From: a virus | Lineage: Duplodnaviria > Caudoviricetes | Reading direction: 5' to 3' (one strand) | Virus record (IMG/VR): IMGVR_UViG_2974594805_000001 | Coordinates: 12,467-76,466 of that record | DNA length: 64,000 bases | Shown: positions 16,864 to 25,352 of the stretch, in pieces | Layout: every line of letters begins with the position of its first letter | How positions within the stretch are numbered: the stretch's first letter is position 1 | Notes under the pieces: generated by a model | Told to the model about the DNA's origin: nothing | The model's database searches: none | What the model saw: only the letters and a program-made list of their open reading frames with translations | Made by a program: the position numbers and the translations under genes

Positions 16864-19230
16864 ATGGGTGAAGCACACTTTGACCAACCCATATCCGAGC
16901 AGATTTGGAACCAGAAGTACCGTTTTCAAACGGATCGTGAAGGTTTCGAATCTGATAAGGATGTGGTCGATACATGGGGTCGTATTGCAGGAGCAACAGC
17001 AAACGTTCCACGTCTCCATAACCAACCTGATGTCATCGCAGAGATGGAACAACAGTTCTTCAATGCTCTGTATGGCTTCAAGTTTCTTCCCGCTGGTCGG
17101 ATCAACTCCGGTGCTGGGACGGAACGCAACGTGACTCTCTTCAACTGTTACGTCATGGGTACAATCCCTGACAGTCTTGCAGGGATCTTTGATCACCTGA
17201 AAGAAGCAGCACTGACGATGCAGCAAGGTGGTGGCATTGGCTACGACTTCTCGACGCTGCGTCCTATGGGAGCACCTGTCAGGGGCGTGGAGAGCTTCTC
17301 CAGTGGCCCTATCTCCTTCATGGATGTCTGGAACTGGATGTGTAAGACCATTGAGTCAGCAGGCAATCGTCGTGGAGCTATGATGGCAACAATGCACTGT
17401 GAGCATCCTGACATCAAAAACTTCATCACAGCCAAGCAGGATCCTACACGTCTCCGGCACTTTAATGTGTCTGTGTTGGTGACTGATGCCTTCATGGAAG
17501 CTGTGAAGAACGACGATGACTGGACACTTCACTTCAAAGGTGAAGTCTACGAGATCGTCAAGGCTCGTGAACTGTGGGACATGATCCTCCAGTCCACCTA
17601 TGACTACGCTGAGCCGGGTGTGATCTTCATCGACCGGATCAACAAGCAGAACAATCTGTGGTTCCTCGAAGAGATTCGAGCCACGAATCCCTGTGGTGAG
17701 CAACCTCTGCCACCGTATGGTGCTTGTCTGCTTGGTTCGATCAACCTGCCACGGTTTGTGTTCAGTCCTTTCACTCAACAGGCTCAGACTGACTGGCAAG
17801 AGATGGAAAAGACTGTACGTACAGCCGTGCGGATGCTCGACTGTGTGATCGACACGTCCAATTTCCCTCTCGAAGAACAGCGTAAAGAGGCTTTCTACAA
17901 GCGTCGTCAAGGTCTGGGTGTCACTGGTGTGGCAGACATGCTGTTCATGCTGGGGATGAAGTATGGTTCCGGTGAAGCTGTGGCCTTCATGGATCGTCTC
18001 ATGAAGAACATCGCTATCTGGGCCTACGAAGAGTCCATTGAGATGGCCAAGGAATGGGGTCCAGCACCTTTCGCTGAAGACCATGAGAACCGTGCCAAGC
18101 TCTTGCAGTCTCACATGTTCCAGATTCTGCCTGAACACATTGGCGAAGCCATGATGAAGTACGGTATCCGGAACTCTCACCTGCTGAGTATCGCTCCGAC
18201 TGGGACGATCTCCATGTACGGTGGGAACGTAAGCTCCGGTATCGAGCCTATCTTCTTCCCAGAGTACAGCCGAAACATCACCAATGCAGATGGAACCAAA
18301 CGCACAGAGAAGGTCATGACTTACTGTGTTCACAAGTTCCACGAGCACTTTGACAACAAAGAACCATTCAATGGTGATGCCAAAGACTGGTGGTGGAGTC
18401 AGTACATGGTGACTGCACAGGATCTCGATCCAGCACACCACATCCACATGCAGGGTGCAGCACAGAAGTGGATTGACTCGTCGATCTCCAAGACTGTGAA
18501 CATCCCTGTGGATTACAGCTTTGATGACTTCAAAGCCGTGTACGAACTGGCCTATGACAAAGGCTGCAAGGGCTGCACAACCTATCGTCCGAACGACGTG
18601 ACAGGATCCATTCTCTTCATTGAAGAAGAGGAAACCAAAGAAGATCCTGAAGTTCTCGTCGATGAGGAATACGATGGGGACATGCGAGTCATGGCACGTC
18701 CTGCTGTCATGGATGGTTCGACCTACAAAATCCGTTGGGGTTCAGACAGTTACTACGTCACCTTCAACAACACGATTGATCCAGAACATGACTGGTTCAT
18801 GCCATTCGAGATCTTCATCAACAGCAAGACTGTCGAACACCACCAGTGGACGGCTGCCTTGACCCGTATGATCAGTGCCGTGTTCCAACGCGGTGGTGAC
18901 GTGCGATTCGTTGCTGAAGAACTCAAGCAGATCCACGACCCTAAAGGGGGTCAGTGGCAGGAAGGTCGTTACTGGCCTTCTTTGGTTGCTCTGATCGGTC
19001 AGAAGCTGTCAGAGCACCTCGACGTAATCGGGTATCAATCGACCCCCGAAGAGAGTGATGATGAGTTCGATCCAAATGCTATGGACGTTCGCATCTATCA
19101 TGGAGAGCCAACAGAGCAGTCGCCCGGTCAGTCAGTCCCTGACCAATGCCCTAGCTGCAAAGGCTTTAACATGGTCACTGTCTCAGGATGCCCGACATGT
19201 CAGGACTGTGGCTACAGCAAATGTGGCTGA
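16864..19230 (+). CDS. nrdJ: Class II (adenosylcobalamin-dependent) ribonucleotide reductase
   Basis: PAGR, TNPCGEQPL, APTGTIS and CTTYRP motifs; C-terminal TSCPD-like domain and CxxC-CxxC Zn ribbon; no nrdB partner; start moved to ATG 16864. Confidence 0.93.
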   Translation: MGEAHFDQPISEQIWNQKYRFQTDREGFESDKDVVDTWGRIAGATANVPRLHNQPDVIAEMEQQFFNALYGFKFLPAGRINSGAGTERNVTLFNCYVMGTIPDSLAGIFDHLKEAALTMQQGGGIGYDFSTLRPMGAPVRGVESFSSGPISFMDVWNWMCKTIESAGNRRGAMMATMHCEHPDIKNFITAKQDPTRLRHFNVSVLVTDAFMEAVKNDDDWTLHFKGEVYEIVKARELWDMILQSTYDYAEPGVIFIDRINKQNNLWFLEEIRATNPCGEQPLPPYGACLLGSINLPRFVFSPFTQQAQTDWQEMEKTVRTAVRMLDCVIDTSNFPLEEQRKEAFYKRRQGLGVTGVADMLFMLGMKYGSGEAVAFMDRLMKNIAIWAYEESIEMAKEWGPAPFAEDHENRAKLLQSHMFQILPEHIGEAMMKYGIRNSHLLSIAPTGTISMYGGNVSSGIEPIFFPEYSRNITNADGTKRTEKVMTYCVHKFHEHFDNKEPFNGDAKDWWWSQYMVTAQDLDPAHHIHMQGAAQKWIDSSISKTVNIPVDYSFDDFKAVYELAYDKGCKGCTTYRPNDVTGSILFIEEEETKEDPEVLVDEEYDGDMRVMARPAVMDGSTYKIRWGSDSYYVTFNNTIDPEHDWFMPFEIFINSKTVEHHQWTAALTRMISAVFQRGGDVRFVAEELKQIHDPKGGQWQEGRYWPSLVALIGQKLSEHLDVIGYQSTPEESDDEFDPNAMDVRIYHGEPTEQSPGQSVPDQCPSCKGFNMVTVSGCPTCQDCGYSKCG

Positions 19231-19245
19231 TCTAAACCTCTGGGT

Positions 19246-19472
19246 GCTCGGCTATGGAAACACCGAGCGGCGTAGAACGATTGGAGCTTAGCGGCCCTCT
19301 CAGTCGAACGGAGATATGTGTATCTTCGCCCGGTCCAGTTTAGGGCATGGTTCGTGTCTAGTATAGCTCCTTATCGGTGCTACCACGAGCCTACTGATCA
19401 GGTGTCCTGTTTCCCCCTCGTGGTCATCCATATGGATTCATGACCCAGTGGCCCTTGGGGGAGACGAACACC
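19246..19472 (+). ncRNA. Candidate structured non-coding RNA (unassigned)
   Basis: 255-nt gap without a credible ORF, containing several complementary stems and a possible pseudoknot; strand assumed from the flanking genes. Confidence 0.45.
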
Positions 19473-19485
19473 TTGGAGAAAAACC

Positions 19486-19860
19486 ATGATAGAAATCAGC
19501 TACGACAATGTGATGAATTGTCTAAACAAAGGCTGGCACTCGACATCCATTTGTCCAACCAACCAATCAACTGACTGGCTTTTCCAGAGAGCAATAGACC
19601 TGTGGTACATCAAAGGTTGGAGCACTGTGAAAAGATCAGAAAGATCAATTGAGTATGGGATTACCGTAAACCCCACACTCACCATCAGATTCAAAGCCAT
19701 CGACAATATGATTCACTCTAATTGGCGTGGTTTTCGTGGGGTGTATCTTGTACATCCCGACTTCTTTAATGGGAGATTTCCCATAGACGGAGAGAAGCAA
19801 CAGTTTCTCGACGAGATTGACATGCACAACGAAAGGTATCTCGAAGAATGGCAAGCCTAA
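19486..19860 (+). CDS. Hypothetical protein
   Basis: GGAG RBS, 124-aa ORF overlapping the helicase start. Confidence 0.7.
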   Translation: MIEISYDNVMNCLNKGWHSTSICPTNQSTDWLFQRAIDLWYIKGWSTVKRSERSIEYGITVNPTLTIRFKAIDNMIHSNWRGFRGVYLVHPDFFNGRFPIDGEKQQFLDEIDMHNERYLEEWQA

Positions 19861-21125
19861 ACCAAGATCAACGAGATGCTTTTGCAGACGTTCTGAACTT
19901 CATCAATGACCCGACACGCAAATATCACCGGGTCTCCGGTGGTGCAGGTGTCGGCAAGAGCTTCTTCATCTCCAAGATCGAGCAAGACATCCTGAAGCAT
20001 CAGGGTCCAAATGCTGGTCTTCGATATGTGGCAGTCACAGCCACCACAAACAAAGCAGCAGCGGTGTTGAAGAACACCATGCAGCACAAACGTTCTGAGA
20101 TCTGCACGATCTACAGCTACATGAATCTCCGGGTTCACAATGACTATCAGACCGGTGATCAGAAGGTTGTCCCCACTGCCAAGTGGGAGATCCATACCAA
20201 GACTCTGATCATCGTGGATGAAGCGTCGATGGTGAACCGTTCCCTGTTCGATTACATCGAGAAGGGTACAGATTCGACCTGTAAGATCCTGTTTGTTGGT
20301 GACAAAAACCAACTGGCTCCAGTACGGGAACACATTTCTCCTGTCTATTCAAACTCTTACACTGAGTCTCAGCTACTCACGCCAGTAAGACAGTCTGGAC
20401 AGCAAGCACTGATGGACCTCGCTGACATGGCGAAAGACACAGTGCTCACCGGGAAGTTCCACAAGATCAAAGAGGTTCCGGGGGTAATTGACTTCATCGA
20501 CGGTCCGACTATGAAAGGCATCTTGGAACGTGAGTATCACACTGAGGATCCTTCCAAGCGTGTGCTCTGCTACACCAACGCCAAGGTGATCGGATACAAT
20601 GAGTACATCCGACAGCTTCGTGGGTACGAAGAACCCTATGCAGTGGGAGAGATGCTGACCAATAACTCGGCAGCAGAACTCGTGGATAAGACACGGCTCT
20701 ACACTGACCAAGTGGTTGAAGTCCTTTCGAAATCTCCTCTCCGTGTGGACACTGACTGGGTTCCCGGAGAGGAACTCGAAATGTACGATCTAGAGGTTCG
20801 TGATCCTGAGACTTTCGCCATCTATGATGTGTCAGTCACAGCAGATCCTGAAGATCGTGCAGAGGTTCTGAAGTATTGGAAGTCCCGGAAGAAGTGGGAT
20901 CGGTTCTTCAAGTTCCGTGACAACATCCCAGACCTTCGCTCCGTGGCTTCGTCAACGACTCACAAGGCACAGGGTTCTACCTATGACTCTGTGATCGTTG
21001 ACCTCGCAGACATCGGTAAGAGCACCAACGCTGAGCAGACAGCACGTCTTCAGTATGTGGCTCTCACCAGACCCAAAGAACGTCTCTACATCCGTGGAGA
21101 ACTGCCAGAGAGGTATTTCGAATGA
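19848..21125 (+). CDS. SF1B Dda/RecD-like DNA helicase
   Basis: GGAGVGKS, VDEASMV, VGDKNQL, TTHKAQGST, YVALTR. Confidence 0.93.
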   Translation: MASLNQDQRDAFADVLNFINDPTRKYHRVSGGAGVGKSFFISKIEQDILKHQGPNAGLRYVAVTATTNKAAAVLKNTMQHKRSEICTIYSYMNLRVHNDYQTGDQKVVPTAKWEIHTKTLIIVDEASMVNRSLFDYIEKGTDSTCKILFVGDKNQLAPVREHISPVYSNSYTESQLLTPVRQSGQQALMDLADMAKDTVLTGKFHKIKEVPGVIDFIDGPTMKGILEREYHTEDPSKRVLCYTNAKVIGYNEYIRQLRGYEEPYAVGEMLTNNSAAELVDKTRLYTDQVVEVLSKSPLRVDTDWVPGEELEMYDLEVRDPETFAIYDVSVTADPEDRAEVLKYWKSRKKWDRFFKFRDNIPDLRSVASSTTHKAQGSTYDSVIVDLADIGKSTNAEQTARLQYVALTRPKERLYIRGELPERYFE

Positions 21126-21430
21126 GCAACATGGAATTCTTTATCGGTCGTTTCGAAGAGATCGACCGTGACGAAATCAACATCGAACCAGAAGACACAG
21201 ATGACTTCTACGAAGAAGAAGAACGCCTCGGCTATCACATTGTGAAAGTCGAAGGAAAGCTCTTCAAATTCTGGGGCATCGCTGAGCTTGATGAGTTTGG
21301 TTTCAACACCACAATTCCTCAGCAAGATGGTCCCTTGGTCGTGTGCTACTGGTACAACGGTGGGGCTGGTCTTCATGAGGTTGTCGAAGCAGCCATTAAG
21401 GAGACGCTCAATGCTGGTAAAGGAAGCTGA
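21122..21430 (+). CDS. Hypothetical acidic protein
   Basis: ATGA coupling; 102 aa. Confidence 0.7.
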   Translation: MSNMEFFIGRFEEIDRDEINIEPEDTDDFYEEEERLGYHIVKVEGKLFKFWGIAELDEFGFNTTIPQQDGPLVVCYWYNGGAGLHEVVEAAIKETLNAGKGS

Positions 21431-21740
21431 CAGCTACACTGTCCGAATCTGGATCGCTGGAAACTACGCCAGAGCCGAAGAGATCTGCCGTGAGTTCTGT
21501 GAACAAGGCATGTGTGTCTCCATCTGTCCGATGAACTACATCTACACAGGTGGAGAAGAGAGTGGCGTCTGCGTCACTCTCATCAACTATGCTCGGTTCC
21601 CAAAACCACAGGAAGACATCGACATTCTTGCGGAAAACCTTGCAGAGAGACTGCGAATCGGTTTACACCAGCAGTCCTTCACCATTGAAGATCCAGATCG
21701 AACGAGATTCTTCTCGGTGAGGCCAGAAGACACGGGGTAA
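21411..21740 (+). CDS. Hypothetical protein
   Basis: AAGGAG RBS before ATG 21411 (start moved from 21288). Confidence 0.65.
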   Translation: MLVKEADSYTVRIWIAGNYARAEEICREFCEQGMCVSICPMNYIYTGGEESGVCVTLINYARFPKPQEDIDILAENLAERLRIGLHQQSFTIEDPDRTRFFSVRPEDTG

Positions 21741-21744
21741 CATC

Positions 21745-24360
21745 ATGAAGTACGAGATCATTGGTAAGGGCGGTCCTGCCCGTATTGCTATCTTGGTTCC
21801 ACGAATCCAAGTCGCTGAAGTCAAGAAGCATTACATGCCAGTTCTCGAAACCCTGAATGAAGAGGTGATGATCTGTGATCTGTTCATGGATCGAACCAAG
21901 AAGAAGACATCGCAGAAAGACATCAAGGAATACCTTGCAGATCTGCTGCCGAATCTCACAAATTCAGGGATCGAGTTCCTGATTGTGACGCAACCGGACT
22001 ACTTCAAAGTCCTGACAAAGCAGGGGAAAACCGATGCAAACATTGGTGACATCTTTGATGCGGAAGCTGGGTTCAAAGCAACCTACTGCCCCAACTACTC
22101 CCGTATTTTCTACGACCCGGAGAAAACCAAAGGAAAGATTGACCAATCTCTCCAAGCCGTTGCCAGCTTCTACGCCGGATCCCACAAGAAAGTCGGTTCT
22201 GACATCATTAAGACCGCGCTTTACCCTGCTGCCACAGCCGACAAACTCTGGTGGCTCGAACAACTGATCACAATGGATGTGGATCTGACCTGTGACATCG
22301 AAGGCTTCGATCTGAAGCACTACGATGCAGGGATCGGAACCATCACATTCTGTTGGAATCAGCATGAAGGTGTGGCTTTTGAGATTGATTGCTGCTCGAC
22401 CAAAAAGGAAAACGTCATCCTTCGAGCAGCACTGAAGAAGTTCTTCAAGGACTTCAAACGTCGAATGATCTACCACAACGTATCATATGATGCGTATGTT
22501 CTGATCTATCAGTTGTTCATGGATCATATCCTTGATCAAGAAGGTCTCTTGGAGGGACTAGAGGTGATGCTGAAGAACTGGGAATGCACCCAGTTGATCA
22601 CTTACCTCGCCACAAATTCCTGTGCTGGCAATGAGTTAGGTCTCAAAGCTCAAGCACAGGAGTTTGCTGGAAACTATGCAGTGGAAGAGATCCACGACAT
22701 CACTCAGATCGAACTGAGAGATCTGCTGGAATATAATCTCGTTGATGGTTTGAGCACTTGGTATGTCTACAACAAGCATTGGCAGACCATGCTCGACGAT
22801 AAGCAATGGGATATCTACCAGCGATTCAAAGAGTGGACCGTGGACATCATCCAGATGCAGCTAACCGGTCTGCCTGTGAACATGGATAAGGTGGTTGCTC
22901 TCAACAAGCAGCTTAACCAAGAGTCCGACAGGTGTGTTCGTCGCATGATGCAGACCCAGATTGCCCAAGGCTTCCTGTACCAACTGGAAGAAGAGGCACT
23001 GGAGAAGAAGAATGCAAAACTCAAAACGAAACAGGTATCGAGATCTGACCTCGGAAAAACAAAAGATCTGGTGGTCGAATTCAACCCCGGATCCGCAGTA
23101 CAGTTGCAACGGTTACTCTATGCTCCTGAGTTTCTTGGGCTTCCTGTTCTTGATACTACCGATTCTGGACTACCTTCTACTGGGGCAGACACTCTTGAGA
23201 AACTTCTCAAGCAGTCCATAAGCGAAGAGACCAAGGGATTCCTTGAGATCCTGCTGGAGTTCAAAGCCTCAGCCATCATCATCAACACGTTCCTGCCAGC
23301 CTTCCTGAAGGCCAAGCAAGGACCAGATGGTTGGCATTACCTGTTCGGTAACTTTCGACTGGGTGGGACTCTCAGTGGTCGTCTGTCTTCCAACAATCCG
23401 AATCTTCAGAACATTCCATCCTCTGCTGGTGGACCGCTGAAGAGCAGACTTGCCAAGCTGGTCAAAGAATGCTTTGAAGCTCCTCCCGGATGGTTGTTTG
23501 TTGGTTTGGACTTTGATTCGCTTGAGGACCGTATCTCAGCCCTGACAACCAAGGATCCTGAGAAGCTGAAGGTCTACACCGACGGCTATGATGGTCACTC
23601 ACTCAGGGCTTACGGGTACTTCGGAGATCAGATGCCAGACATCGACCCCTCTTCTGTGGATTCGATCAACAGCATCGCAAAGAAGTACAAACCACTGAGA
23701 CAGGAATCGAAGGCTCCGACCTTTGCCCTGACGTATCAAGGTACGTTCCACACGTTGATGAACAACTGTGGTTTCAGCAAAGAGAAAGCTCAGATGGTGG
23801 AGAGCAAATACCGTAAGATGTATGCGGTCTCCATCGAGTATGTGGACAACAAACTGGAGGAAGCCACACAGACAGGCTACGTCACTGTAGCGTTTGGGTT
23901 GCGTGTTCGGACTCCCTTGCTTGCACAGACTATCCTTGGCACGGGTAAGACCCCCAAGGAAGCCGCAGCAGAGGGCAGGACGGCAGGTAATGCCATGGGT
24001 CAGTCGTACTGTATGCTCAACAACAGAGCCGCTGCTGCCTTCATGAAGAAGGTGAGAGCCTCGAAGCATAGACTGGACATCAAACCATGTGCTCACATCC
24101 ATGACGCTCAGTATTATCTGGTCAGAGATGATGGTTTCGAACCACTCATCTACATGAACAAGCATCTCCCTGAAGAAGTAGCTTGGCAGGATGACCCAGA
24201 AATCTGGCATGACGAAGTGAAACTGTCTGGTAGTGTGGAGATCTTCTGGCCCAATTGGAACCATGGTTTCGATATCCCTAATGGGGCTGGGCAGTTCACA
24301 ATCGTAGACAAGATCATTGAGCATAAAGAAAAGCTCAGAAAAGAAGGGGTAATCCAATGA
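21745..24360 (+). CDS. Family A DNA polymerase, N4-type
   Basis: Exo I CDIEG; SGRLSSNNPNLQNIP; motif A GLDFDSLE; motif B RQESKAPTFALTYQG; motif C HIHDAQY. Confidence 0.95.
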   Translation: MKYEIIGKGGPARIAILVPRIQVAEVKKHYMPVLETLNEEVMICDLFMDRTKKKTSQKDIKEYLADLLPNLTNSGIEFLIVTQPDYFKVLTKQGKTDANIGDIFDAEAGFKATYCPNYSRIFYDPEKTKGKIDQSLQAVASFYAGSHKKVGSDIIKTALYPAATADKLWWLEQLITMDVDLTCDIEGFDLKHYDAGIGTITFCWNQHEGVAFEIDCCSTKKENVILRAALKKFFKDFKRRMIYHNVSYDAYVLIYQLFMDHILDQEGLLEGLEVMLKNWECTQLITYLATNSCAGNELGLKAQAQEFAGNYAVEEIHDITQIELRDLLEYNLVDGLSTWYVYNKHWQTMLDDKQWDIYQRFKEWTVDIIQMQLTGLPVNMDKVVALNKQLNQESDRCVRRMMQTQIAQGFLYQLEEEALEKKNAKLKTKQVSRSDLGKTKDLVVEFNPGSAVQLQRLLYAPEFLGLPVLDTTDSGLPSTGADTLEKLLKQSISEETKGFLEILLEFKASAIIINTFLPAFLKAKQGPDGWHYLFGNFRLGGTLSGRLSSNNPNLQNIPSSAGGPLKSRLAKLVKECFEAPPGWLFVGLDFDSLEDRISALTTKDPEKLKVYTDGYDGHSLRAYGYFGDQMPDIDPSSVDSINSIAKKYKPLRQESKAPTFALTYQGTFHTLMNNCGFSKEKAQMVESKYRKMYAVSIEYVDNKLEEATQTGYVTVAFGLRVRTPLLAQTILGTGKTPKEAAAEGRTAGNAMGQSYCMLNNRAAAAFMKKVRASKHRLDIKPCAHIHDAQYYLVRDDGFEPLIYMNKHLPEEVAWQDDPEIWHDEVKLSGSVEIFWPNWNHGFDIPNGAGQFTIVDKIIEHKEKLRKEGVIQ

Positions 24361-25352
24361 AAAAGATAACGAACCAGCACCACATTGATTTGCCCATTGC
24401 TGTCTGGCTTCTCCAGAACGGCTACAACAGCGGTGCTGCTGATGCTCCAGAGGGTGAACTGATCTCAGTCACCACTCTGATGAAACCTACCCGTAGGCTC
24501 ATTCTAGAGCGTCAGGTGGACTACGACAAAGAAGTGATGGATGTCAGTGATCTGACAGCCTCACGCATGGGACATGCCCTTCACGACTCCGTAGAGAGGG
24601 CTTGGACCGAGGGCGACTGGGAGGAGGCGATGCGGCGTCTCCATTATCCACAGTCAGTGATTGACCGGGTTAAGATCAATCCAGATCCCTCGCTGATCGG
24701 TGAGGATGATATACCCATTTACCTTGAGCAGCGCCGGTTCAAGGAAGTTGGAGGAATCATTCTCACCGGTCAGATGGATTTCGGCATCAACGGTGCATAC
24801 CGTGATGTGAAGAGCACCTCGACTTTCAGCTACACCAGTGGCTCGAAAGATCAGGATTACATCCTGCAAGGCTCTTTGTATCGTTACATCATGCCAGAAC
24901 TCATCTGGCAGGATAAGATGAGAATCGAATTCATCTTCACTGACTGGGCCAAGTATCGAGCCAAAGTGGATCCCAATTATCCACAGGCTCGTGTGGCTCA
25001 CAAAGAGTATCCTCTGATGTCTATCGAGGACACTGAAGCGTGGGTTCTGGATAAGATCCGGGACATCAAAAAGAACGCTAAGCATGTGAAAAACCAAGAC
25101 AAAATGGTTCGTTGTAATGACAAAGAACTGTGGCGTCAGGAAGACACATACAAGTATTACGCCAACCCTGAGACTGCCAAGAAAGGTGGTCGTGCAACGA
25201 AGAGCTTTGATAAGCTCGCAGATGCTCAGCTTGAAATGAACAAGCGAGGGAAAGGCACCATCGTCACCGTACCGGGTGAGGTCAAAGCATGTGAGTATTG
25301 CCCTGCTTTCCCGGTTTGTGAACAACGCAAGGAGTATTTCCCAGATGACTGA
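24357..25352 (+). CDS. PD-(D/E)xK exonuclease-like protein with C-terminal Cys cluster
   Basis: GHALH...LEQR...GQMD...YRDVKST...Q..LY; C-terminal CEYCPAFPVC; conserved N4-like position. Confidence 0.7.
   Translation: MKKITNQHHIDLPIAVWLLQNGYNSGAADAPEGELISVTTLMKPTRRLILERQVDYDKEVMDVSDLTASRMGHALHDSVERAWTEGDWEEAMRRLHYPQSVIDRVKINPDPSLIGEDDIPIYLEQRRFKEVGGIILTGQMDFGINGAYRDVKSTSTFSYTSGSKDQDYILQGSLYRYIMPELIWQDKMRIEFIFTDWAKYRAKVDPNYPQARVAHKEYPLMSIEDTEAWVLDKIRDIKKNAKHVKNQDKMVRCNDKELWRQEDTYKYYANPETAKKGGRATKSFDKLADAQLEMNKRGKGTIVTVPGEVKACEYCPAFPVCEQRKEYFPDD

Noticed and set aside
19223-19291. Short peptide ADLNLWVLGYGNTERRRTIGA as a tmRNA tag or leader peptide
   Set aside because: It does not match the ANDN...AA tag pattern, no tRNA-like ends were seen and there is no RBS
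19231-19485. Cobalamin riboswitch, hammerhead or group I intron identity for the structured gap
   Set aside because: The core consensus sequences were not found by eye (CTGATCA rather than CTGANGA; no B12 box), and the element lies downstream of nrdJ
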